Origin: Dehalococcoidia bacterium
Lineage (GTDB): Bacteria; Chloroflexota; Dehalococcoidia; Dehalococcoidales; UBA1222
Assembly (NCBI GenBank): GCA_009783135.1
Contig: WRHS01000003.1
Location: 1-34,179 of the forward strand
Reading direction: 5' to 3'
Length of the DNA: 34,179 bases
Shown piece after piece: positions 25,824-34,179 of the stretch (its first letter is position 1; every line of letters begins with the position of its first letter). The translations under genes and the position numbers were made by a program. The notes beneath the pieces were generated by a model that worked only from the letters and a program-made list of their open reading frames with translations, was not told the DNA's origin and searched no databases.

Positions 25824-27734
25824 CTAATCTGTGTAACTTACTGTTTTAACCAAATTGAAGTTTTTCATATCAATGATGCCGATGCCGTTGCCGGACACGA
25901 CATAGAAAAACTCTGAAATATAGAGCCCGCGGCTATCCTCCCACCCGTATTTATCCCACAAGTTACCATTCAGGTTGATGCTTGCGCGACGGAAAAATCC
26001 TGTTTGGTTGTCATATCCGTAAACCAAATACTCGGAGCCGGCAGGAAAACCGATGATATTTTTGCCCTGGTCAATCAAAATAGCCTTGTGATTATACAGC
26101 GCCGTGCTGTAGTAGGAGTTGAGAAGGAGTGTGTGTGCCTCAGTTACATTTCTGGGGTCAGAGGTGTCGAACATGGAAATCTTCATGCTCTCCCTCCAGC
26201 CTGTCGTTTCGTCTGCACTGTAGCCAAGCCCGAATAACAAGCCGTCGGCATAGACATGCAGATACTGTGAAAAGCCGGGTATTTTCAATGCGCTGAGCAC
26301 GACAGGCTTTTGCGGGTTGGATAAGTCTACGGCGAAAAGCGGGTCAACGGTGCGGAATGTGACAAAATACCCTATGTTGCCGTCAAACCGTACGGAGTAA
26401 ACCCGTTCGCCTTGTGCCAGATTTTCAACTGAGCCGACGCAGTTAAGTGCCATATCAAGTATGTAAAGCCCGTTGGATGATCCGGCATCACCCCATTTGT
26501 AATCCGTCGTTCCGAAGAATGCGTCCGTGGTGATGGAGTATTTGTAGGAATCGTCTGTTGTGACAACGCGAAGGTACCCGTTGTACTCATCCATATAGAA
26601 CTGATTTCCCAAACTTCCGGGGATACTTCCGTAGGCCGCGACCTTAACGTTGCCGTTTGATATGTCGAGCCTTGTGATGTTGGTCAGGGTGTAGTTTAGA
26701 TAATCAACAACGGTGTAAATACCATAGTCACGCGTGCTTTCCACGGACTTGTACTCGTAGCTGGTGATATAAATATTCTGTGCCGACATGTACACGACCG
26801 AGCCGCCGCCAAGGAGCGTCTGGTTGGTGCTTACCTTTCCGGACGGCACGTCAATGGTGGATACGACTGTGTAGGTCGTGGAGTTGATATAAGGCATTAT
26901 GGCTATGCAGTCGGGTGCAATAAGTCTTTTTTCGTCGTTGGTATATAGTGCCGGAACGAAGGTCTCGGGGGCATCCTCTTCAATGGAATAAACGGAGTGT
27001 GATGATAAAAGATATAGCGTGTTACCTACCATGCGGGAGGTGAGTATATAGCCGTCCTGCCCCAGATTATATGCAAGTGCCGGTGATGCGGGGTTGGATA
27101 CGTCATATATGTAGGTTTTGCTAATCTGGTCATATTTATAGCTGTAAGGTTCGTATCGATGTTCACTATGGTTGAACTGTGTGATTACCACGGCATATTT
27201 ACCGCAGAGATACATTTCAGTGGCATTCTCATAGGTATAATCATAAGCCATGTCATTATAGATTGTGGCTGGTTGTTCACTTGGCGGTTTGACGACTTCC
27301 GTGGTGGAAATAAGCCTGGTGTTTGCGCCGTCTGCTTTGAAAATCGAGAGTTTGCCGTCGCGTAAGCTGTAGATATATATGCCGTCGGTTTTGACGATAT
27401 CACCCTCGTCAATCCCCTCAACCTGAACGTTGGTACCGGAGTGGTCAGTTTCGCTGCCGCCTATAACGTTAGACGGGGGAGAATTCGCTGGCATATATCT
27501 TGCGGCTGAATCAGATGATTCAGATGCGAACGTTACAGTAACAAAGCCCGGACCATAATAACGATAGGGATTATTGCCCTGAGCTTCCTTAAGTGCATCG
27601 AAGATGGAGTCATAATCTGCGGCAAATGAGACATTGCTTGGAATTATTGGCGGGGGCGTGAGCGCCTGGGTACATCCTGCCAAGCTTCCGCAAAGCAACA
27701 GTATTGCGACCAAACTAATGAGCACCTTTTTCAT
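25824..27734 (-). CDS. Lipoprotein with beta-propeller domain (COG4880-like)
   Basis: Lipobox LAGC; SGTNVQVEGIDEGDIVKTDG, NQFYMDEYNGYLRVVTT, FVTFRTVDPLF, LKIPGFSQYLH; SD AGGAGG before ATG 27734. Confidence 0.85.
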   Translation of the reverse strand: MKKVLISLVAILLLCGSLAGCTQALTPPPIIPSNVSFAADYDSIFDALKEAQGNNPYRYYGPGFVTVTFASESSDSAARYMPANSPPSNVIGGSETDHSGTNVQVEGIDEGDIVKTDGIYIYSLRDGKLSIFKADGANTRLISTTEVVKPPSEQPATIYNDMAYDYTYENATEMYLCGKYAVVITQFNHSEHRYEPYSYKYDQISKTYIYDVSNPASPALAYNLGQDGYILTSRMVGNTLYLLSSHSVYSIEEDAPETFVPALYTNDEKRLIAPDCIAIMPYINSTTYTVVSTIDVPSGKVSTNQTLLGGGSVVYMSAQNIYITSYEYKSVESTRDYGIYTVVDYLNYTLTNITRLDISNGNVKVAAYGSIPGSLGNQFYMDEYNGYLRVVTTDDSYKYSITTDAFFGTTDYKWGDAGSSNGLYILDMALNCVGSVENLAQGERVYSVRFDGNIGYFVTFRTVDPLFAVDLSNPQKPVVLSALKIPGFSQYLHVYADGLLFGLGYSADETTGWRESMKISMFDTSDPRNVTEAHTLLLNSYYSTALYNHKAILIDQGKNIIGFPAGSEYLVYGYDNQTGFFRRASINLNGNLWDKYGWEDSRGLYISEFFYVVSGNGIGIIDMKNFNLVKTVSYTD

Positions 27735-27959
27735 GAAAACCTCCTGCCTGAAATGTTTTAGATAAAATACTCTTTTATTATTAGACAATCGGAGGTGCAT
27801 AAAAAGTTTCAAATGCGAGAATAATTTTTTTGGGGATGGTGATATGAGGAAAATGCAGCATACTTTTGCGTAGTATTCGTTCTCATTCTCCGCTATTAAA
27901 GTTGAAGTTGTGGAATATTTTCGTACACTGTATATACTAGTCTTTAAGGAGTGTGTTAC

Positions 27960-28232
27960 ATGCCTCAAACCACAATTAGTATCAGAATTGACGAAGAAGT
28001 TAAAAGAGGCTTTGAAAAGTTCTGCTCTGACGTTGGTCTAAATGTATCCGTTGCGGTCAACATGTATGCAAAAATGGTAATTAAAGAGCAGCGCCTACCA
28101 TTTGACGTCGCTTTGGATAGCCCAAATGGAGAAACCCATAGAGCTATTGACGATGTGGCGAACAGAAGGGATTTAAGCCGTTCTTTTTCATCCGTTGCAG
28201 AGCTTATGGAGGATTTGAATACTGCCGATTAG
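27960..28232 (+). CDS. RelB/DinJ-family type II antitoxin (no cognate toxin gene follows)
   Basis: RHH N-terminus TISIRIDEEVK...GLNVSVAVNMY...LPF and PNGET...FSSVAELMEDL; SD AAGGAG. Confidence 0.85.
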   Translation: MPQTTISIRIDEEVKRGFEKFCSDVGLNVSVAVNMYAKMVIKEQRLPFDVALDSPNGETHRAIDDVANRRDLSRSFSSVAELMEDLNTAD

Positions 28233-28239
28233 ATTGAAA

Positions 28240-28279
28240 AACTAGGGTACCAGCCCCCGCGGGGGTTGGTACCCTAGTT
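28240..28279. terminator. Hairpin (likely bidirectional terminator) between the antitoxin gene and ftsZ
   Basis: AACTAGGGTACCAGCCCCC-GC-GGGGGTTGGTACCCTAGTT. Confidence 0.8.
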
Positions 28280-28305
28280 CTGCTTGTTTGGTTCTTCTAA
28301 TTCAA

Positions 28306-29430
28306 TTATGAGTTGTAAGTGCGGGTCTGCTGGCGAACCATATTTTCCTGTGGTACTGCGCGGCGGTTACCCAGCTTATTCCAGCGGCGCAGGAAAGATG
28401 GCATATCCAACTCTTCCTCGGTCTTGATGCTGCGGAGTTTCTTGGTGAACTCGTCATCCTCTTTGGAGGATACTTCGGTCTTGTTGACGAAGCCCGTGGC
28501 TATAAGGGTTATGCGTACGTCATTTCCCATAGCGGCGTCTGACGCCACGCCGAAGATAATATTGGCATCCGGATCAACTGCCTGCTTGATGACCTCAGCG
28601 GCCTCATTCACCTCAAACAGTGTAAGATCGGTGCCGCCGACTACGTTGAACAACACGCCCTTGGAGCCTTCAATGGTAACGTCCAGTAAAGGACTTGCCA
28701 GAGCGGCACGGGCGGCGTCGATAGCGCGGTTTTTGCCGCTTGCGCGACCGATGGACATCCATGCGGGTCCGGCATCTTTCATTACGGCTCTTACGTCGGC
28801 AAAGTCAAGGTTAATCATACCCGGGACGGTAATGACCTCGGAAATCGCCTGTACGCCGTGGCGTAACACGTCATCGGCCATCTTGAAGGCTGTATCCACA
28901 CCCGTCTTGGGATCGCAAAGATTGAGCAGTTGGTCGTTGGGGATGATAATCAGGGTATCAACCTTGCCCAGTAGGCGTGTGATGCCCTCTTGCGCTACCT
29001 GCATGCGGTGAGCGCCTTCAAATGAGAATGGTTTGGTAACAACAGCGATGGTGAGAGCCCCGGTTTCCTTGGCGATTTGGGCTACCACAGGGGCTGATCC
29101 GGTACCTGTGCCGCCGCCCATACCGGCGGTGACGAAGACCATATCAGCGCCGCTTACCATTTCTTTTATTTCATCGCGGCTTTCCTCTGCTGCTTTCTGT
29201 CCGGTGTTGTGATCGCCGCCGGCACCCAGTCCGCGAGTCAGTTTCTCGCCGATTTGTAATCTGACAGGAGCCTCGGTAATAGCCAATGCCTGGGCATCGG
29301 TATTTACTGCAATGAACTCAACGCCCTGTATTTCCTCGCGCACCATGCGAGTGATAGCGTTGCTGCCGCCGCCGCCGCAACCGAAAACTTTGATGCGAGC
29401 CCCATTGGGAACAAAACTCGTTTTAGCCAT
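28306..29430 (-). CDS. ftsZ: Cell division protein FtsZ
   Basis: [18 protein letters not shown] tubulin signature, INLDFADV, C-terminal LDMPSFLRR. Confidence 0.98.
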   Translation of the reverse strand: MAKTSFVPNGARIKVFGCGGGGSNAITRMVREEIQGVEFIAVNTDAQALAITEAPVRLQIGEKLTRGLGAGGDHNTGQKAAEESRDEIKEMVSGADMVFVTAGMGGGTGTGSAPVVAQIAKETGALTIAVVTKPFSFEGAHRMQVAQEGITRLLGKVDTLIIIPNDQLLNLCDPKTGVDTAFKMADDVLRHGVQAISEVITVPGMINLDFADVRAVMKDAGPAWMSIGRASGKNRAIDAARAALASPLLDVTIEGSKGVLFNVVGGTDLTLFEVNEAAEVIKQAVDPDANIIFGVASDAAMGNDVRITLIATGFVNKTEVSSKEDDEFTKKLRSIKTEEELDMPSFLRRWNKLGNRRAVPQENMVRQQTRTYNS

Positions 29431-29459
29431 TTTTCCTCCTTAATTTTTACCTTTCCTTA

Positions 29460-30686
29460 TTATTTGCCGCCGAATAGAGATGTTAGACGATTTGCAAAAC
29501 CACGCAGGCGGGCACCGAAGCCTCCGCCGTTCCATTCCTTTGTGCGCTGACCGCCGTGTTTTGAGCCCCACAGTAACAATCCTACGCCGGTGGCATAAGC
29601 CGGGTCGCGCAGGTAGTCGGTGATACCGGTGATGTGCAGCGGGCATCCGACGCGTACAGGAAGCCTGAGCACGTCACAACCGAGGGTTTCAATGCCGGAG
29701 AGATTGGAACTGCCGCCGGTGAGCACCAGTCCGGCCGGAATCACAGACTCGTAATCCGAGCATGGCAACTCAAGCATTACCAGACGCAGAATTTCTTCCA
29801 CGCGGGCGTGCAGTATGTCGCATAAGTCCTGATAAGAAATGCCGTGACCATCCTCAGAGATGGGGGTGGTGTTGGCCATTTTGTTCTCATAAACCGACAT
29901 CACGCTGCCGTAGCGTTTCTTCATTTCCTCGGCGACCTCAAACGGAAGTCCGAGGCCGATGGATACGTCGCGCGTCAGTTGGTAACCTGCAACCGGCAGG
30001 ATGGCTGTGTGATAGATGCTACCATCCTTAAAGATACAGATATCCGTGGTGCCGCCGCCGATATCGGCGATGGCTACGCCTGCCTGGCGTTCGTCCTCAG
30101 TCAGAACGGCCTCAGACGAAGCTAATGGCTCAAGCACCATGTCTTCGATGTCGATACCGATGCTGCGTACGCATTTGACCAGATTCTGAATGGAGTTTGC
30201 TGCCGCTGTAATGATGTGGGTTTCCACGTCAAGTCGGAAACCGTGCATGCCTACAGGGTTTTTGACTCCCGGCTGTCCGTCAACTGCGTAGGTACGCGGT
30301 ATGACATGCAGCAGTTTGCGGTCCTGTGCCACCTTAATGCTCTGGGCATTATTCATGACGCGGCGCAAATCATCGGGACGCACCAGTTTGTCGTTGCGTG
30401 TGATAGCTACCACGCCGCTTTTATTCGTGGATGATACATGCCGTCCGGTAACGCCCACGTAGGCCGATTCGACCTTGATGTTGCACGACTGCTCGGCTTT
30501 GCGGATTGAGTCGCGGATGGCGTCTTTGGCGTCATTGATGTTGACTACCAAACCTTTATGCATGCCGTACGAAGGGGTGATGCCTACACCGACAACACGT
30601 ACACCGCCGTTATCCTGTTCGGCGATGATGGTGGCTATCTTTGTGGTGCCGACATCAATCGCGGTAATGGTTGATTTCCTGCTCAT
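29460..30686 (-). CDS. ftsA: Cell division protein FtsA
   Basis: IDVGTTKI, DIGGGTTD, VLTGGSS, PAYATGVGLL; directly upstream of ftsZ. Confidence 0.96.
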   Translation of the reverse strand: MSRKSTITAIDVGTTKIATIIAEQDNGGVRVVGVGITPSYGMHKGLVVNINDAKDAIRDSIRKAEQSCNIKVESAYVGVTGRHVSSTNKSGVVAITRNDKLVRPDDLRRVMNNAQSIKVAQDRKLLHVIPRTYAVDGQPGVKNPVGMHGFRLDVETHIITAAANSIQNLVKCVRSIGIDIEDMVLEPLASSEAVLTEDERQAGVAIADIGGGTTDICIFKDGSIYHTAILPVAGYQLTRDVSIGLGLPFEVAEEMKKRYGSVMSVYENKMANTTPISEDGHGISYQDLCDILHARVEEILRLVMLELPCSDYESVIPAGLVLTGGSSNLSGIETLGCDVLRLPVRVGCPLHITGITDYLRDPAYATGVGLLLWGSKHGGQRTKEWNGGGFGARLRGFANRLTSLFGGK

Positions 30687-30797
30687 ATTTTCCTCCTCCT
30701 TTAGATACTCCTGTTATACAAAAACCCCCCGAGGGTTGTTTTTACCATCTCTATGTTGTCATATTCTCACGTCCGTAGCTGTTCGTCTCTTACCCTG

Positions 30798-31844
30798 CTA
30801 ATTCAAATTCAATACCGTGTTGAAACACATGCGCTTTTTAGAGGATTTCCGTGCCGTGCCACTTTCTCTTCTCGGGCTCACACGGAAAAGACGTGCTGCC
30901 TCGGGCCACTCTTGGCTGCTTATTATGCGTTCTGCTACGCGGAGCTTGGCGCTGCGTGAGCGCGGATTGGCTTTTTCTTCGGCCAGGCTGGGCACTACAA
31001 CCTGCTTGCTTAGCAGTTTCAGCCGCGGCCGGTGCTGGCAAACGCATTGCGGCAGTCCCGGCGGGCAAAGACATCTGGCGGACTCGCGTCGCATGAAATT
31101 CTTAACGATGCGGTCCTCCAGCGAATGATAACTGATGACGACCAGCTTCCCGCCGTGCCCCAGCAACTCCAGCGCCTGACCAAGGGCACTCTCAAGGTGC
31201 TGCAACTCTTCATTAACTGTTATGCGCAGTGCCTGAAAGGTCTTTGTGGCCGGATGGATACGACTGTGTTTGGGCACGACGCTCTCAATAAGCGATGCCA
31301 GCTGAGCGGTGCTGTAAAGCGGGCGCGAGCGCACGATAAGACGGGCAATCTGGCGGCTGTGTGTCTCTTCACCAAACTCAAAGAGTATGCGCGCAAGCTC
31401 AGCCTCGGAGTACTGATTTACAATATCGGCAGCCGATATGGTCTGATTGGGATCAAAGCGCATATCCAGCGGCGCATCGTGCTGAAAGCTAAAGCCGCTT
31501 CCGTTTTGGCTGAGTTGCATGGATGACAAACCCAGATCAAACAGTATGCCGTTAACAGGCTTAAAGTCGTGCCTGCTGCAGATTTGCGACAACTCGGCAA
31601 AATTGCCGTTGACTAAAAGAGCGGAATTGCCGAACGATGACAGGCTCTCCTGCGCTAATGCGATCGCAGTCGGATCGGCATCAATGCCCAGCAATTGCCC
31701 GCCGGGGGCACTGCGCTGCAAAATAGCCTCGGCATGTCCGCCGGCGCCCAGAGTGCAGTCAATATAGCGCCCGCCCGGCAGGATAGCCAGGGCATCAAGT
31801 GTTTCCTTTAATAGTACAGGGATATGCAACGTCGCGGTTGGCAT
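30798..31844 (-). CDS. rsmH: 16S rRNA m4C1402 methyltransferase RsmH (MraW)
   Basis: [58 protein letters not shown]; ATG at 31844. Confidence 0.95.
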   Translation of the reverse strand: MPTATLHIPVLLKETLDALAILPGGRYIDCTLGAGGHAEAILQRSAPGGQLLGIDADPTAIALAQESLSSFGNSALLVNGNFAELSQICSRHDFKPVNGILFDLGLSSMQLSQNGSGFSFQHDAPLDMRFDPNQTISAADIVNQYSEAELARILFEFGEETHSRQIARLIVRSRPLYSTAQLASLIESVVPKHSRIHPATKTFQALRITVNEELQHLESALGQALELLGHGGKLVVISYHSLEDRIVKNFMRRESARCLCPPGLPQCVCQHRPRLKLLSKQVVVPSLAEEKANPRSRSAKLRVAERIISSQEWPEAARLFRVSPRRESGTARKSSKKRMCFNTVLNLN

Positions 31845-31854
31845 GATGCTTCCT

Positions 31855-32280
31855 TTAATGTAACTCCAGACTTTCCAATATCTGCCATGCTTCGGCCAGA
31901 TCATCTGCTTTTTCGATTTCCCAGGCAGCCTTGTCCCACAACTCAAGGTAGTTGTTGGTGCCAACCACCACAACATCGCCTCCCAGGCTGGCATAGGCCC
32001 GCAGTGTGCTTGGTATGGTTATGCGACCCTGAGAGTCAAATTCCGTGGGTGAAGCCGAGCCGAAAAGGGCACGTTGTATTTTGCGCAGCTTACTGTGGGA
32101 TAATCCTCCGCCTGTAATACTGTCCGCCACTTTTTTCCATTCGGCAACAGTGTAAAGGGCTAGGCATTTCTCAGGGCTCGGCGCTACAATGACGCCGTCC
32201 CTGAAAAACGAACGAAAACGGGGAGGTAATGGCACCCGCCCTTTTTCATCCAAGCGATACTCAAATTCACCAAGAAACAT
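31855..32280 (-). CDS. mraZ: Division/cell-wall cluster transcriptional regulator MraZ
   Basis: [30 protein letters not shown]. Confidence 0.95.
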   Translation of the reverse strand: MFLGEFEYRLDEKGRVPLPPRFRSFFRDGVIVAPSPEKCLALYTVAEWKKVADSITGGGLSHSKLRKIQRALFGSASPTEFDSQGRITIPSTLRAYASLGGDVVVVGTNNYLELWDKAAWEIEKADDLAEAWQILESLELH

Positions 32281-32291
32281 GGATTGTAAAA

Positions 32292-32324
32292 CCTCTTTCA
32301 CCACTTTTCACCACTATTAACCAT
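32292..32324 (-). promoter_or_regulatory. MraZ-binding direct repeats
   Basis: ATGGT-N5-GTGGT-N5-GTGGT at a 10-nt period just upstream of mraZ. Confidence 0.7.
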
Positions 32325-32540
32325 TCTACACTAGTTCAATGCGTCATTGTCAATACTTTTGAGAGGAAAATTTAGTTAACGGACAACTTATCTTGTCAAG
32401 GCTTGGGGCGAGTTTGGGGGGGGTGAACCGCTGATAACTTTGAAATAGGCTCAAAAGCCAGAAGGCTTGTTATCACTTGCTTTTTATTGTGTCTGTGCTA
32501 AAATAAAATCTGAGTTTAGATTAGCCGGAAGAGGTGTGGA

Positions 32541-33767
32541 ATGTATAGAAGAAGGCATATTGAAAAAGTAGTTGCGCAGACATCTGAAACATTTCAGACA
32601 ATACTGCTTACCGGGGCAAGACAGGTTGGAAAATCCTCTCTTTTTGAAAATTCTGTTGCAAGAGATATTCAGCAGGTTACATTAGACGACTTTAGCGTGC
32701 TCAAAGCGGTAAAACGCGATGCTCAAGGGTTCCTGGATGATAATCCTCCGCCTCTTTTCATCGACGAAATCCAGTATGCGCCTGAGCTTTTTCGTGGGAT
32801 AAAAATGGCTGTTGATAAAAGAAAGTCTGATAACGGACTTTACTATATGACAGGCTCTCAGAAGTTCGAGTTAATGCAAGGCGTAAGTGAAAGCCTGTCT
32901 GGAAGGATTGCCATATTAAATTTACTTGGCTTTTCAGCACGCGAGCTCGCAGGGGACGAATTTGATTTGCCTTTTATGCCAACACAGGAATATCTGCGGG
33001 GCAGAAAACCACTTAGCATGTTGGATATGCCGGAATTATGGTCGCGTATTCATCGCGGTTCTTTCCCGCAGGTGGCGTTGAATCCTTCGGTTGACTGGAC
33101 AAGATACTATTCTGCGTATGTAAAGACATATGTCGAAAGGGACGTGCAACAACTGTCACAAGTCGGAGACAATGTCGCTTTTGTAAATTTTATGACGGCA
33201 CTTGCCGCCCGCACGGGGCAACTCTTAAACATCGCCTCAATTGCGCGGGATGTTGGGATGAGTGAGCCTACAATCAAGAAGTGGCTTTCCGTTTTGGAGG
33301 CGTCAAACATTGTTTATTTGCTACGCCCCTTTTCTCTTAATGTAACATCGCGGGTAGTAAAAACTCCGAAGGTTTACTTTTTAGATACCGGTCTTGCAAG
33401 CTATCTTTGCGGGTGGTTAACGCCTGAAACACTGCAAAAAGGCGCTATGAGCGTACAGATGTTTGAAACATATGCCGTGGGCGAAATCCTGAAGTCCTAT
33501 TATAATGCGGGTAAAGAGCCGTCAATTTACTTCTTCCGCAACAATAGAGCCGAGGAAGTCGACATTCTGCTTTATCAGGACGGCACACTCTATCCGGTCG
33601 AAATCAAAAAAACGGCAAGCCCCAACCCCGGAGACGTTGCCACATTCAAACTATTGGAGGCCGCATATCCATCCATCCCAATTGGTGGCGGCGGACTTAT
33701 TTGCACCTATGACAAGGTGTTATCACTCGGCGAAAAGGTAAGGAGCATTCCGCTGAATTATCTATAG
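32541..33767 (+). CDS. AAA+ ATPase with DUF4143-like C-terminus
   Basis: TGARQVGKS, FIDEIQYAP, TGSQ, SESLSGR, KTPKVYFLDTGL, EVDIL...PVEIK. Confidence 0.88.
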   Translation: MYRRRHIEKVVAQTSETFQTILLTGARQVGKSSLFENSVARDIQQVTLDDFSVLKAVKRDAQGFLDDNPPPLFIDEIQYAPELFRGIKMAVDKRKSDNGLYYMTGSQKFELMQGVSESLSGRIAILNLLGFSARELAGDEFDLPFMPTQEYLRGRKPLSMLDMPELWSRIHRGSFPQVALNPSVDWTRYYSAYVKTYVERDVQQLSQVGDNVAFVNFMTALAARTGQLLNIASIARDVGMSEPTIKKWLSVLEASNIVYLLRPFSLNVTSRVVKTPKVYFLDTGLASYLCGWLTPETLQKGAMSVQMFETYAVGEILKSYYNAGKEPSIYFFRNNRAEEVDILLYQDGTLYPVEIKKTASPNPGDVATFKLLEAAYPSIPIGGGGLICTYDKVLSLGEKVRSIPLNYL

Positions 33768-33907
33768 GCTTCATGCTTTTGGGTGAGGTTTTGGGTTGGT
33801 GTCGGTAATCATGTTTATGGTACCAAGATTTGGTTTGCATGTGCATATAGGGTATAAATATATCTGTTAAGTGCAAAAAGCAGCAATAACACATAAAAAT
33901 ATGGCTA

Positions 33908-33942
33908 TTGACGCGCGCATTATTTTTGCATATAATGCGCGC
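33908..33942 (+). promoter_or_regulatory. Promoter with overlapping 11-bp inverted-repeat operator
   Basis: TTGACG-17-TATAAT; GCGCGCATTAT-N8-ATAATGCGCGC. Confidence 0.75.
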
Positions 33943-33976
33943 AACACTTTAGCATTGAAAGCGGGTTATGCTACAC

Positions 33977-34164
33977 ATGGATTTGGATGAAAAGAAATTA
34001 GGGGAGACCATACGCCGCCTTAGAATTCACAAGGGAATACCTCTTGAGGAAGTGGCTGCAAAAGCCTGTGTGCTATGGACCACATCGATTATAATCTGCT
34101 CCATACCAATCAGTATGATTCACTATTTGCGGTTATCCGCCGCTTAGATAGTGTGGACACGTGA
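33977..34164 (+). pseudogene. Truncated XRE/HipB-like HTH joined to a HipA-like internal fragment
   Basis: MDLDEKKLGETIRRLRIHKGIPLEEVAAKA is the first half of an XRE HTH. Another frame from 34063 reads SLCAMDHIDYNLLHTNQYDSLFAVIRRL. Confidence 0.55.
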
Positions 34165-34179
34165 TAAAAACAGTAGTAT

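Noticed and set aside
28319-29011. Long antisense ORFs over ftsZ, herA, cca, tatB and rsmH
   Set aside because: They are shadow frames of conserved genes, with no SD or recognisable domains.
32541-33767. AAA-DUF4143 ATPase as part of a new defence system
   Set aside because: It is a widespread solitary gene family and no conserved partner is visible in this window.
1-34179. CRISPR array, IS/transposase, integrase, reverse transcriptase or prophage genes
   Set aside because: No repeat-spacer array or such protein motifs were seen in any frame.

Overview
Bacterial chromosome segment, most likely from Dehalococcoidia (Chloroflexota). The taxonomy is inferred from the reduced mraZ-rsmH-ftsA-ftsZ cluster, which has no peptidoglycan genes, and from the nurA-HAS-herA operon. 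The housekeeping backbone comprises tatA-tatB-tatC, a pseudouridine synthase, glutaredoxins, plsY, tRNA-Ala(TGC), nurA/herA, a CCA-adding enzyme, padR, priA, rplS and the dcw genes. Accessory features sit within it. (1) An AT-rich islet at the tRNA-Ala 3' end encodes a fused restriction-methylase and a specificity subunit. Their junction has the geometry of a programmed -1 frameshift (U_UUU_UUC, 5-nt spacer, long stem-loop), which would give RM and RM-S proteins from one mRNA. (2) A type III ToxIN-like locus has a single pseudoknot antitoxin unit. A diverged paralog 6 kb away has an internally deleted toxin but keeps its promoter, RNA antitoxin and terminator. (3) Two further toxin-less TA remnants are present: an orphan DinJ/RelB and an HTH::HipA-like deletion scar. 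(4) A dockerin-bearing glycerophosphodiesterase lies beside a membrane-anchored cohesin. (5) TatC is fused in frame to PstS, either a real rearrangement or an assembly chimera. (6) A long structured leader precedes tatA. All calls come from reading the sequence by eye; no searches were run.
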